Part shown: positions 45,967-55,606 of the stretch, piece after piece | Numbering within the stretch: position 1 is the stretch's first letter | Layout: the number at the start of each line of letters is the position of its first letter | Assembly (NCBI GenBank): GCA_027320085.1 | Contig: DAHVLZ010000038.1 | Location: forward strand, 64,001-128,000 | Source: Pseudomonadota bacterium | GTDB lineage: Bacteria; Pseudomonadota; Gammaproteobacteria; JAKAQQ01 | Direction: 5' to 3' | DNA: 64,000 bases | Position numbers and translations under genes: made by a program | Notes under the pieces: generated by a model | Databases searched by the model: none | Told to the model about the DNA's origin: nothing | What the model saw: the letters and a program-made list of their open reading frames with translations, nothing else

Positions 45967-46209
45967 TCCGTCTGTACGGCTTCATCGCACATGCAAAAAA
46001 TGTGAGGATAAAATGAGAAATGTATTATAAGATATTGTTTTAATAATAAATATTATATGTACAAACGCTGTGCTGGTGTTTCCAAGGCCCCGTCGGTTTT
46101 CCCCCTCAAAGCAGAAATAGGCATGCTTCAAGGCCGGGGCTGCGACTTTTGTTTCCCCGACCGGAGGCCTCACGTAGAATGGGAGGCTCACCGGTTGGGA
46201 GTCGACTCC

Positions 46210-48249
46210 ATGAAGCATTGGCGAATCGGGCTCGGGGCCTGGCTCGGTTTCCTGGTAGTGGCCGCACCCGGGGCTTTGGCGCTGCGTCCCACGAACCTCC
46301 GGACTTACCGCCAGCTGGTCAAGCTCGTCTCGCCCCGGTTTTCTCCGGATGGTCGACAACTCGCCTTTGTCAGCATCCGGCCTGATTTCGTCTATAACCG
46401 CTATGACACCACCTTGCGGATCGTTTCCACGGCCGGCGGAAAATCGGTTGCCTGGGTCCGTGGACTGCATGATCTGCATATGCCGCGGTGGGCCCCCGAC
46501 GGCCACCGCGTCGCGTTCTTGGCCCGGGTGGGGCGGGAGAAGCCACAGGTCTATGACGTGGCCTTCGCCGGCGCGACACCCCGCTGCCTGACCCACGCAC
46601 CCAATGGCGTGCTCCAGTTTGCCTGGAATCCGAATGGACGGACCATCGCCTACGTCACGCCGGACAACCCGGTGCTCAGTGCCTGGGACCGCCGAACCGG
46701 TCATGACCTCTTTCCCATTCATGATGATGACTACGAGATCACCCGCCCTCCGGTGCCCGCTCAAATCTGGTTGTTGACACTGTCCAGTGGAAAAACACGA
46801 CCCCTGACCATGGGCTCGACCAGCGTGCTTGAAAACGCCCCGCCTTTTGCGGGGTCCATCACGGCACCCACCTGGTCGGCCAACGGGCACTGGCTTGCCT
46901 ACACACGGCAGGCCGATGCCGACGATGCCGATACCGACCGAACCACCATCGTGGTTGTGAATGTGGCAAACGGCAAGGAACGGGTATTGACCCATCACAC
47001 CCGCTATGAGTACACCCCATCCTTTGCCCCCCGGGGTGACGCAATCGCCTACCTCTATCCCCATGGCCCAGGCCCGGTGAGCGATATGGATGTGTTCGTG
47101 ACTTCCCTCCGGGGTGGGGATGGTCGGGATGTCAGTGCCGACCTTGATCGGGATGTCGCAACGACCTACGCCTGGCTACCCGACGGTCAAGGCCTGCTGG
47201 CATTGGCCAACGACCGGGTCGGCAGCCGGATCTACCTGCAACCGTTGCGAGGGGTGGGACATGCCCTGGATCTCGGTGCTCTCAATCCCACTCAGCTTGC
47301 CGTTTCTGCGCAGGGGCAGGTTGCCTTCGTCGCTGATTCGGCCACGCGACCGCCGGAACTTTATCTCTTGCGTCGCCTGAACAGCCGTCCGGTGATCTTA
47401 ACCCACTTGAATCGATCCTTTGCCGCCTACCGTTATCCCCGTAGTGTCCAGGTGACCTGGCGGGCGCCGGATGGCCAAATCAACGATGGCATCCTGACTT
47501 ACCCGGACGACTATCGTCCTGGACAACGGTACCCCCTCGTGGTTTATAGCCATGGTGGCCCGGAGGCTGCATCAACCGAAAATTTCGACGCGGATGAAAT
47601 TGGGCCCTTGCGTGACCTCTTTGCCGCGCATGGCTTTCTGGTATTTGAGCCCAACTACCGGGGGAGTGACAACCTGGGTAATGCCCATGAACATGCCATC
47701 TACCGTGATCCCGGGAGGGGTCCCGACCGTGATGTGATTTCCGGTATCCGCATGTTGGAGGACAGGGGGCTGGTTGATCCGAAACGCATTGCAGCGGTGG
47801 GACATTCCTACGGGGGTTACATGACCGCCTGGCTGATCTCGCATCAGCATTTCTGGCGTTGCGCGTTGGTGGCAGACGGGGTTGTGGACTGGACCCAAGA
47901 GTACGAGCTCTCCGGTGCCGGAAATCTCGCCTGGGTCCGCGATTCGCTGGGTGGCAGTCCATGGAATCCCAGAAGTGCCGCCTTGTACATCCAAGACTCG
48001 CCAATCACCTATGCGGGGCAGATCACCACGCCAACGCTGATCCTGTCCGGTACGGCCGACATCACCGTGCCGATTACCGAATCCTTTGCCCTGTACCACG
48101 CCTTGGCCAGCCGTCATGTGCCGGTCAAGTTCATCGGAATCCCCGGTGCCTACCATCTGCCGCAGGATCCGGTGCAGCTCGAGCTTTACTATCGGACCAT
48201 TGAGAAATGGGTGATCCTCCACCTCCAGCGTCACCCCCGACGGGGTTGA
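46210..48249 (+). CDS. Exported S9 family peptidase (acylaminoacyl/dipeptidyl peptidase-like)
   Basis: Signal peptide, PD40-type propeller repeats (SPDG, WAPDG, WNPNG), HGGP, PNYRGS, GHSYGG nucleophile, Asp (ADITV), His (AYHL). Confidence 0.92.
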   Translation: MKHWRIGLGAWLGFLVVAAPGALALRPTNLRTYRQLVKLVSPRFSPDGRQLAFVSIRPDFVYNRYDTTLRIVSTAGGKSVAWVRGLHDLHMPRWAPDGHRVAFLARVGREKPQVYDVAFAGATPRCLTHAPNGVLQFAWNPNGRTIAYVTPDNPVLSAWDRRTGHDLFPIHDDDYEITRPPVPAQIWLLTLSSGKTRPLTMGSTSVLENAPPFAGSITAPTWSANGHWLAYTRQADADDADTDRTTIVVVNVANGKERVLTHHTRYEYTPSFAPRGDAIAYLYPHGPGPVSDMDVFVTSLRGGDGRDVSADLDRDVATTYAWLPDGQGLLALANDRVGSRIYLQPLRGVGHALDLGALNPTQLAVSAQGQVAFVADSATRPPELYLLRRLNSRPVILTHLNRSFAAYRYPRSVQVTWRAPDGQINDGILTYPDDYRPGQRYPLVVYSHGGPEAASTENFDADEIGPLRDLFAAHGFLVFEPNYRGSDNLGNAHEHAIYRDPGRGPDRDVISGIRMLEDRGLVDPKRIAAVGHSYGGYMTAWLISHQHFWRCALVADGVVDWTQEYELSGAGNLAWVRDSLGGSPWNPRSAALYIQDSPITYAGQITTPTLILSGTADITVPITESFALYHALASRHVPVKFIGIPGAYHLPQDPVQLELYYRTIEKWVILHLQRHPRRG

Positions 48250-48454
48250 GAGGGCAGGCATCAACCACCCCCGTCTGCACCGTCTGGTCGGGATTCAGGG
48301 ATCACCGAAAGGGGGCTGAACAGATACCGAGAATCCGTCACGAAGGGATTCAACCGAGTGGGGGGCGCTCACGGCCGGAGATTCAATCGGGTCCCGAATG
48401 AGGAGAGTAGCGCGGTGGGCTCTGGGAGGTGCGGTCGTTCCTTGAGATGTATCT

Positions 48455-48541
48455 TGGTGCCCAGGGCCGGACTCGAACCGGCACGGCCTTATGGCCAAAG
48501 GATTTTAAGTCCCTTGCGTCTACCGATTTCGCCACCTGGGC
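48455..48541 (-). tRNA. tRNA-Leu (TAA)
   Basis: 87 nt with long variable arm, anticodon loop CT-TAA-AA, GTTCGAG T-loop, encoded CCA. Confidence 0.96.
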
Positions 48542-48570
48542 ATGGGCAGTACTCCCGCTTGACGGAAGGG

Positions 48571-48644
48571 TGGAGGCCAGGGTCGGGATCGAACCGGCGT
48601 AGACGGCTTTGCAGGCCGCTGCATGACCACTCTGCCACCTGGCC
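48571..48644 (-). tRNA. tRNA-Cys (GCA)
   Basis: 74 nt GGCCAGG...CCTGGCCTCCA, anticodon loop CT-GCA-AA. Confidence 0.96.
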
Positions 48645-48680
48645 CAGACGACGTATTCTAGAATTTTCGCCAGGCGGAGG

Positions 48681-48756
48681 TGGAGCGGGAAACGAGGCTC
48701 GAACTCGCGACCTCAACCTTGGCAAGGTTGCGCTCTACCAACTGAGCTATTCCCGC
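48681..48756 (-). tRNA. tRNA-Gly (GCC)
   Basis: 76 nt GCGGGAATAGCTCAGTTGGTAGAGC...TT-GCC-AA...CCCGCTCCA. Confidence 0.97.
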
Positions 48757-48765
48757 CTTATGCGG

Positions 48766-48794
48766 ATCATAGCAAAACGGGGAGGGGGTGGCAA
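48766..48794 (-). promoter_or_regulatory. Sigma70 promoter of the tRNA Gly-Cys-Leu operon
   Basis: Minus strand TTGCCA-17 bp-TATGAT ending 10 nt before the mature tRNA-Gly 5' end. Confidence 0.75.
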
Positions 48795-48895
48795 TTGTTT
48801 TCCGCGGGGTTGACCGCCTTGCTACGCGGGGTGATGCGGAAGAGGCTTCAGGGAGAGCACTATAATCCAAAGACGTATGCCCTGTTCTGGCCGCT

Positions 48896-49861
48896 TTGGC
48901 CGTCCCATCATGCGAGTGTGCCGTGACCCGAATCCCCAAGCCGCCGAATCCGAAAAACCGAAGCGTCCCCTTGCCGGACGAGATCCCCCGAACGACAAGC
49001 GAACTGCCCGGTGTGACAGAACGGGTCGCCCTGTTACAGAACGAACCGAGTTACCTGGAAGCGACTCGTGACCCGGCCTTTTTGAGCCGCCGAGAAGCCC
49101 GGGGAATCCGTCTTCAGCTGGATTACCAAAAAACGGAGTCCATCCTGGTCAGTCGGGGCATCGAGGCCACCATTGTGGTTTTCGGGAGCACGAGGCTTTG
49201 TGAACCGGAAATGGCTCGCGAGAAATTGCGGCGACTCGAGCGTGATCGGGCCGCCTCGCCGGAAGAGTCAGGATATCTTGAACAGCGTGCAGTGGCCGAG
49301 CGTCTTTTGGCCAAAAGCCATTTCTACGAGATTGCCCGGGCCTTTGCCCGGGAAGTCGCCTGCTGTCCCGAGAATCGGAACCCGACACGGATCTGGATCA
49401 TGACCGGTGGAGGACCCGGAATCATGGAGGCTGCAAATCGCGGAGCCTGCGAGGCCGGGGCCGAGTCCATCGGGCTCAACATCCGTCTACCTCACCAACA
49501 GTACCCCAACCCCTATATCAATCCGGGTCTCTGTTTCCGCTTCCACTACTTTGCGACCCGGAAGCTTCATTTCCTGTTGCGGGCAAAAGCGCTGGTGGTC
49601 TTCCCGGGCGGGTTTGGAACCCTGGACGAACTGTTGGAGACCTTGACCCTGATTCAAACGCGGGTAATGATCCCGGTCCCGGTCATCTTGGTCGGCGAAT
49701 CCTACTGGCGTCGAGCCATCGATATTGATTTCTTGGTTGAGGAAGGCGTGATTGATCCGGAAGACCGCGACCTCTTCTGGTATGCGGAATCCGCCACCGA
49801 GATCTGGTCGGGGATTCAGATCTGGCACAAGTCAAACGGGACCCCCTTGTTCCCGGCATGA
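48896..49861 (+). CDS. LOG-family (Rossmann-fold) nucleotide phosphoribohydrolase
   Basis: VVFGSTR, TGGGPGIMEAANRGA, FHYFATRK, FPGGFGTLDE; start codon uncertain. Confidence 0.9.
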   Translation: MAVPSCECAVTRIPKPPNPKNRSVPLPDEIPRTTSELPGVTERVALLQNEPSYLEATRDPAFLSRREARGIRLQLDYQKTESILVSRGIEATIVVFGSTRLCEPEMAREKLRRLERDRAASPEESGYLEQRAVAERLLAKSHFYEIARAFAREVACCPENRNPTRIWIMTGGGPGIMEAANRGACEAGAESIGLNIRLPHQQYPNPYINPGLCFRFHYFATRKLHFLLRAKALVVFPGGFGTLDELLETLTLIQTRVMIPVPVILVGESYWRRAIDIDFLVEEGVIDPEDRDLFWYAESATEIWSGIQIWHKSNGTPLFPA

Positions 49862-49926
49862 CCGAATCTGCCGCGTAAGCCTCCGGCCTTTGGGTGGTTC
49901 ACGCACGGGGCGGGCGCGGGCTTGGC

Positions 49927-52200
49927 TCACCGGCCCCGAAACCGGGGCGCGAGATTGCGTTCCCAAAATCGGTTCATGCCCCGGAACAGTTCAAGTCGGG
50001 TATGGGTCCCGGCCAGTACATGTGTGTTGTTCGGGAAGACGAGCAGGTGGTAGGGGCGATCCGATCTGATCAGGGCCTCGATAAACTGGAGTGTGTTCTG
50101 CCAATGCACGTTGTCGTCGCCGGTTCCCGCCACGATCAACAGTCTGGCCTGGAGGTGGGCAGCCCGGGCAACGGTTGAACTTTGCCGATAGCCGGTCGGG
50201 TTGCTTTGTGGCGTCCCCATGTAGCGCTCGGTGTAAATCGAGTCGTAGTCCTGCCACCGGGTCACGGGAGCCACGGCAATGCCGGCCCGCCAGACGGTCG
50301 GTGCGTGGGTCAGCTCGTAAAGGGTCATGTATCCGCCGTAACTCCAACCCCAGATTCCGATGCGCCTCGGATTGATCCCGGTCTGGTGGCGTAGCCAATG
50401 GACGGCCGCCTCTTGGTCGGCCAGCTCAAGCCGGCCCAGGTGATCCTTGATGGCGCCCTGAGCGGTATGGCTGAACGTGCTGGCCGCGCGGTTATCCGCC
50501 TCGAAAAAGACAAAACCCTCACAGGCAAGGCGGTCTTCGTAGACGATCCACGGGTTCCAACCGCGGTTGATCAGGGCCGGCACATCGGGCCCGCCATACT
50601 GATACATGACGACCGGCGCGTGGCTTGCGGAACCGAAGCCGGGCGGGTCCAGGATTTCAGCATTGATGGCCACGGCGGGATCTGCGGAGGGAATGCGCAA
50701 GAACCGGGGCGCACGGAGATCCAGGTTTTGCGGCAACCGGCTCCGGAAGAGTGTCCATTGGCTCCGGCCGGCGACTGCACGCACGGTATAGACGGGGGGC
50801 GTCTTCCGCGTGGAATCGGTGAGCAGTACATAACGGGTTTTGGGTGAGAAGACGGCATTTTCGCTGCCCCGTGCCGGGAAACGGATCCGCCGGTCCCGGC
50901 CATCGAAGGACACCGATTCGATGCGTTCGGTCCGGGGGCCGGTTCCTGGTGAGGCGAGGTAATAGATCGTCCGCTGCCGCTTGGATACGCCAAGGAGGCG
51001 GGTTACGTTGTACGGTCCGGGCGTGAGGGCCGCCACCTCCCGACCTTTTCGGTTGAATCGATAGAGATGATGCCAGCCATGCTGGTCCGTACCGAAGATG
51101 AATCCGCCGTGAGGGAGGAAGTGCAGATCATTGTGGACATTGATCCAATAGGGATCCCGGAGTCGGAGCAGCACCCGGAGCGCTCCGTTGGACGGATTGA
51201 TCCGGAACAGGGACAGTCTTGTTTGTGGCCGGTTGAGTACCTCGGCATAAAGCGCACGGCCGCCGGCGTACCAGCCAAAACGGGCCAGATAGCCGGTTTT
51301 GAGGCCGGGCAGATGGAACCACCGGACGTGCTTCGTCCGGGTATCGTAGACACCGAGTCGGGCCCGGGGATTGGGGGCACCCGGTTCCGGGTAACGCTGC
51401 CAGTACAGGGTCGGTTGCTGTTTGAGGTAGTTGACCAGGGGAAAACGCAGGACCCCCCTTTCGTTGAACCGGATAAATGCCAACTTTCGGCCCTGGGGTG
51501 ACCACGCGTAACCGGAGCGCAGGCCCAGTTCTTCCCGGTAAGTCCAGTCCAGGGCTCCGATGCGGAAACCCGTTTGAGCGGGGAAGAAGTCGAATGGGCG
51601 ACTGTTCTTTGCCGCCATGTTGACCAGCCGGATTTCATGGCCTTCCACGTAACTCAACCAGTGGTCGTGGGGGGAAAGCCGATACTGGGTGACCCACCCC
51701 TTGGTCCGGACCAGGGTACGCAGTCGTCGCGTCCGGAGATTGAGTTCCAAAATCGCCTGACCGTTGATCAGGAGCAGATGATGTCCGTCGGGCGACCAGC
51801 GATAGTTCACGTGCCCGTAGCGTGTGCTCCATTCCTTCAGACGTTCGTTCCGGATCGAGGCATTCGATCGCAGGGCCCGGCCCAGCAATGCCGGGCCGGC
51901 CTGAAAAACGACGTGTCCGGAAGAGGCAGAAACGACCCGGAGCCGTTCATAACCGCGCCTTTTCGCATGAATCAGGTAGGCGATGGCCCGGCCATCCGGA
52001 TCCCATGAAAAACTATGGGGTGGATATCCGCCGAGTGGTGGCCGGCCGGTGAAAAGCCGCATGGGAAACTGGCGCCGACACGAGAGCGGGGCTCCGAATG
52101 CAGGTCCGGAAAGGATCGAGACACAGGCGAGGAGACCGGTGATGGCGATCTGCGCCCAAGGAGGGCGCTCATATCCAGGATCAGTCGGTTGAATCGCCAC
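49927..52200 (-). CDS. Exported dipeptidyl peptidase IV-like S9B peptidase
   Basis: Signal peptide, DPPIV_N propeller (DWTYREE, RYPEPG, YLAR), YGGP, GWSYGG, YDSIYTERYMG, DDNVH, catalytic His (NTHV); GTG start with RBS. Confidence 0.93.
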   Translation of the reverse strand: MAIQPTDPGYERPPWAQIAITGLLACVSILSGPAFGAPLSCRRQFPMRLFTGRPPLGGYPPHSFSWDPDGRAIAYLIHAKRRGYERLRVVSASSGHVVFQAGPALLGRALRSNASIRNERLKEWSTRYGHVNYRWSPDGHHLLLINGQAILELNLRTRRLRTLVRTKGWVTQYRLSPHDHWLSYVEGHEIRLVNMAAKNSRPFDFFPAQTGFRIGALDWTYREELGLRSGYAWSPQGRKLAFIRFNERGVLRFPLVNYLKQQPTLYWQRYPEPGAPNPRARLGVYDTRTKHVRWFHLPGLKTGYLARFGWYAGGRALYAEVLNRPQTRLSLFRINPSNGALRVLLRLRDPYWINVHNDLHFLPHGGFIFGTDQHGWHHLYRFNRKGREVAALTPGPYNVTRLLGVSKRQRTIYYLASPGTGPRTERIESVSFDGRDRRIRFPARGSENAVFSPKTRYVLLTDSTRKTPPVYTVRAVAGRSQWTLFRSRLPQNLDLRAPRFLRIPSADPAVAINAEILDPPGFGSASHAPVVMYQYGGPDVPALINRGWNPWIVYEDRLACEGFVFFEADNRAASTFSHTAQGAIKDHLGRLELADQEAAVHWLRHQTGINPRRIGIWGWSYGGYMTLYELTHAPTVWRAGIAVAPVTRWQDYDSIYTERYMGTPQSNPTGYRQSSTVARAAHLQARLLIVAGTGDDNVHWQNTLQFIEALIRSDRPYHLLVFPNNTHVLAGTHTRLELFRGMNRFWERNLAPRFRGR

Positions 52201-52359
52201 GGATCACTCCCGGTGCTGCACTTCCGTCTAGATTAGCGGCTTTTGGATTTCCATACACAAATCCGATAAGGGGAGTGGACAGCTATACTAAGAGCTCCTG
52301 TCGAAGAACCCTCCGGACTTGACCTCGAACAGTTCAACAAGACCCCAAAGGATTTACCC

Positions 52360-54141
52360 ATGAGTTACGAGCCGCCGCTTGAGGATTACCGCCTTCTGCT
52401 GACCACGATCTGTCCCTTGGACGGACTGTTTGCACAGCCCGGCTTTCAGGAACTCGACTTCCCCGTCGTGGAAGCCGTCCTCGAAGAGGGCAGCCGGTTT
52501 GCCCGCGAAGTCCTGGCGCCACTCAACCCCGTGGGCGATCGTGAACCGGCCCGGATGACCCCGAAAGGGGTCGTTTTGCCGGCTGGTTTTCGTGAGGCCT
52601 ACCGGGCCTTCGTGGCCGGAGGCTGGAACGCGGTTTCGGCTGATCCCCGTTATGGTGGGCAGGGTTTCCCGGAGGTGGTCGCCGCCGCATTGAGCGAGAT
52701 GTGGCAGGGGGCGAATCTCGCTTTCGCGCTCTGTCCACTTTTGACCCAGGGGGCGATTGAGACCCTGCTTCTTTGTGGCCATGAGGATCAGAAAAACCGC
52801 TATCTGCCCCATCTGGTATCCGGCGAGTGGAGCGGCACCATGAACCTCACCGAACCCCAGGCGGGTTCTGACTTGGGGCGCATTGAAAGTCTCGCGACTC
52901 CGGAAGGGGCCGGCTTCCGGCTTGTGGGGCAGAAGATTTTCATCACCTATGGGGAACATGATCTGACCGAAAATATCGTGCACATGGTGCTGGCCCGGAC
53001 GCCAGGTGCGCCGCCCGGGACCCGCGGTCTCACCTTGTTTGTCGTGCCCCGCTTCGGGCTTCCTCCGGATCCGCCGGGGACAGCGAACGAGGTTCGGGCA
53101 CTGTCCATCGAACACAAGCTCGGGATCCATGCCTCGCCAACGTGCGTCATGCAATATGGGGAGGGTCAGGGGGGGCCGGGGGCTCGGGCCGAACAGATCG
53201 GTGAGTTGAACCGCGGCATCGAGCACATGTTCATCATGATGAACCGGGCCCGCCTGGCCGTCGGCCAACAGGGTGTGGGAATTGCGGAGCGTGCCTATCA
53301 GGCAGCCTTGGACTATGCCCGGATCCGTCCACAGGGTAAGGATCTCAAGGCTGGGGATGACCCGGTTCCCATCCTCGCCCATCCGGATGTCAGGCGCATG
53401 CTTCTCACCATGGCCGGTCTTACGGAGGCCGCACGCGCACTTTCTTTCTGGGCCTTTTATGCACTGGACTGGTCCCGTCATGCAGCGGATCCCGAAAGAC
53501 GTCTGGAGAACGAGCGCCTGATGGCGTTTCTGACCCCGATCACCAAGGGTTTTGCCACGGAAATTGCCCAGGAGGTGGCCTCGCTTGCCATCCAGGTTCA
53601 CGGCGGCATGGGGTACATAGAGGAAACGGGCGTGGCCCAGCTGTATCGAGATGCCCGGATTCTCACGATTTACGAGGGAACCTCCGGCATCCAGGCGATG
53701 GATCTCGTGGGCCGCAAAATTCTCAGGGATCGGGGACAGACCTTCTTGGCGCTTGACCAGCGGATTCGCGAATCCCTGGCCCGTGACCGCTTTTCTACGT
53801 GGGCCGGACCGAGGCAGCTTCTCAAGGACCGTTTGGAACGGTTGCGGACATGCGTGGAGCAGGTGCTCCGGGGTGCCGCCGCCGATCCTTACTATCCCGG
53901 CGTGGTGGCTTACCCTCTCATGATGATGGCCGGGACGGTTTTGGGGGGGTGGCTCCTGCTCGAAACCTGTGCCGCGTTGTCTTCGGATTCGGCAGTTTCC
54001 ATCGATCCCCGCTGGCAGAAGCACAAGCAGGCCGTGACCCGTTTCTACCTCACAAGCATTCTTCCTCGTGCCGACGCCTACGCCATGGCCATTCTGGCAC
54101 CCGAGGTGAGCCCTACAGTCATGGAGTCGTCAGCCTTCTAG
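52360..54141 (+). CDS. Acyl-CoA dehydrogenase (long-form, DmdC-like family)
   Basis: GTMNLTEPQAGSDLG, GQKIFITYGEHDL, EHKLGIHASPTC, QVHGGMGY, IYEGTSGIQA. Confidence 0.93.
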   Translation: MSYEPPLEDYRLLLTTICPLDGLFAQPGFQELDFPVVEAVLEEGSRFAREVLAPLNPVGDREPARMTPKGVVLPAGFREAYRAFVAGGWNAVSADPRYGGQGFPEVVAAALSEMWQGANLAFALCPLLTQGAIETLLLCGHEDQKNRYLPHLVSGEWSGTMNLTEPQAGSDLGRIESLATPEGAGFRLVGQKIFITYGEHDLTENIVHMVLARTPGAPPGTRGLTLFVVPRFGLPPDPPGTANEVRALSIEHKLGIHASPTCVMQYGEGQGGPGARAEQIGELNRGIEHMFIMMNRARLAVGQQGVGIAERAYQAALDYARIRPQGKDLKAGDDPVPILAHPDVRRMLLTMAGLTEAARALSFWAFYALDWSRHAADPERRLENERLMAFLTPITKGFATEIAQEVASLAIQVHGGMGYIEETGVAQLYRDARILTIYEGTSGIQAMDLVGRKILRDRGQTFLALDQRIRESLARDRFSTWAGPRQLLKDRLERLRTCVEQVLRGAAADPYYPGVVAYPLMMMAGTVLGGWLLLETCAALSSDSAVSIDPRWQKHKQAVTRFYLTSILPRADAYAMAILAPEVSPTVMESSAF

Positions 54142-54287
54142 CGGGGCGGTTTTCCCATCCGGATTGAAAGGCTGCCCGGTTGGGCCGGATCAAACCTCAA
54201 GGTGGGCCTCGGCTATAATTGGGGTGCCCTGGAATACAGGACACTTCAACCATGGCTTTCCAGATTTTGCATCCGGGCCGACCCTGA

Positions 54288-54935
54288 ATGAACAGGGGAG
54301 CGGGCCCGGGTTTGGAAGCACGTGCTCTCGAACTCCGTCGGGGCCGCCGACTGCTTGCCCGTTCACTCAGCTTTGGGGTGCAGCCGGGAAGCTACCTCGA
54401 ACTCACCGGGCCTAACGGGTCCGGGAAAAGCACCCTGTTAAGGAGCCTTGCGGGATTGGGGCGAATGGAGACCGGCGAAGTGTTTTGGAACGGTGTGGCC
54501 TTCAATCCCCAGAAGGAAGAAGCGCACCATGCGCGCGCCCTTTACCTGGGCCATACCGATGGTCTCAAAGGCCTGCTCAGCATCGGCGAGAACCTGCGCC
54601 TTTTCGCTGCACTCAGGGGGATCCGCGAGCCCCTCGATGAAATCGAGAAAAGCATGAGTTTTTATGGTTTGCAGCACCTGAAACAGATCGTTTGCGACCG
54701 GCTCTCGCAGGGACAGCGCCGGCGTGCCGCCTTGGCACGCCTGCATGCTTTCCCGGCACCTCTCTGGCTTTTGGATGAACCGACGACGGCACTGGATCGG
54801 GAGGGTGTGGAACGCTTTTTCAGTCATTTCCGGCTTCACCTCGAGAAGGGCGGGATGGCACTCGTGGCGACCCACCAGAGTCTGGCGCGCTGGATCGCTC
54901 CGGCGGGAGAAATTGCCCTGGGCCGGTCCCCATGA
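54288..54935 (+). CDS. ccmA: Cytochrome c maturation ABC ATPase
   Basis: GPNGSGKS, YLGH, LSQGQRRR, LWLLDEP, ATHQ; first gene of the ccm operon. Confidence 0.94.
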   Translation: MNRGAGPGLEARALELRRGRRLLARSLSFGVQPGSYLELTGPNGSGKSTLLRSLAGLGRMETGEVFWNGVAFNPQKEEAHHARALYLGHTDGLKGLLSIGENLRLFAALRGIREPLDEIEKSMSFYGLQHLKQIVCDRLSQGQRRRAALARLHAFPAPLWLLDEPTTALDREGVERFFSHFRLHLEKGGMALVATHQSLARWIAPAGEIALGRSP

Positions 54936-55600
54936 ATCCCTGGCTGTTTTTCTTCCGGACCGAACTCGGGATTTCCTGGCGCGAGCGGCGCCGGGTGATG
55001 CTACCGCTTGTTTTCTTTTCGATCGTGGCTTTCCTGTTTCCACTGACCCTGAACCCCAAGGGCCATCTCTTGGCCCGGATGGCGCCCGGGATCATCTGGG
55101 TGGATGCCATGCTGGCTGTTTTTCTTGGACTCGAGTCGTTGTTTCGTCATGATCATGAGGAGGGCATTCTCGAACAATGGGTCCTCAGCCCGACCTCGCT
55201 GGAACTCCGGGTGCTTTTCAAGGTCGCATCCTTCTGGACGGTGACTTCCCTGCCGCTGTTGCTCATCAGTCCGCTTTTGGTTCTCTGGTTGTCATTTCCC
55301 CTCCGTGGGCTCGGGATTCTCATGATCGGTCTTTTCCTTGGAACGGTGACGCTTTGTTTTCTGGGGGCTTTGGGGGCGGCTTTGACCTTGACCCTGCGAC
55401 AGTCCAGCATGCTCATTGCCATCTTGTTCCTGCCGATTGCCACCCCGATTCTGATTTTTGGGGCCCATAGTGCAATACTTGCGGCACGGCAGCTGGATCC
55501 GCGCCCGGCCCTTTATCTTCTGGCCACGTTGTTCTTTCTCACGGTGGGCATCGTGCCCAAAGCCATTTCCGCCGCCCTGCGCATCAGCTATGAGACCTGA
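54932..55600 (+). CDS. ccmB: Heme exporter permease
   Basis: APGIIWV, LFRHDHEEGILEQ, GAALT, LPIATPILIFG. Confidence 0.94.
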   Translation: MNPWLFFFRTELGISWRERRRVMLPLVFFSIVAFLFPLTLNPKGHLLARMAPGIIWVDAMLAVFLGLESLFRHDHEEGILEQWVLSPTSLELRVLFKVASFWTVTSLPLLLISPLLVLWLSFPLRGLGILMIGLFLGTVTLCFLGALGAALTLTLRQSSMLIAILFLPIATPILIFGAHSAILAARQLDPRPALYLLATLFFLTVGIVPKAISAALRISYET

Positions 55601-55606
55601 GTCACC

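Noticed and set aside
46074-46095. TGGTGTTTCCAAGGCC resembling the tRNA-Leu 3' end (possible att duplication)
   Set aside because: Short gapped match with mismatches and no integrase nearby; not distinguishable from chance
48250-48454. Three GATTCA-containing short repeats downstream of tRNA-Leu (CRISPR-like?)
   Set aside because: Repeats are too short, degenerate and irregularly spaced; no cas genes
52354-54024. 556-aa minus-strand ORF
   Set aside because: Antisense shadow of the acyl-CoA dehydrogenase
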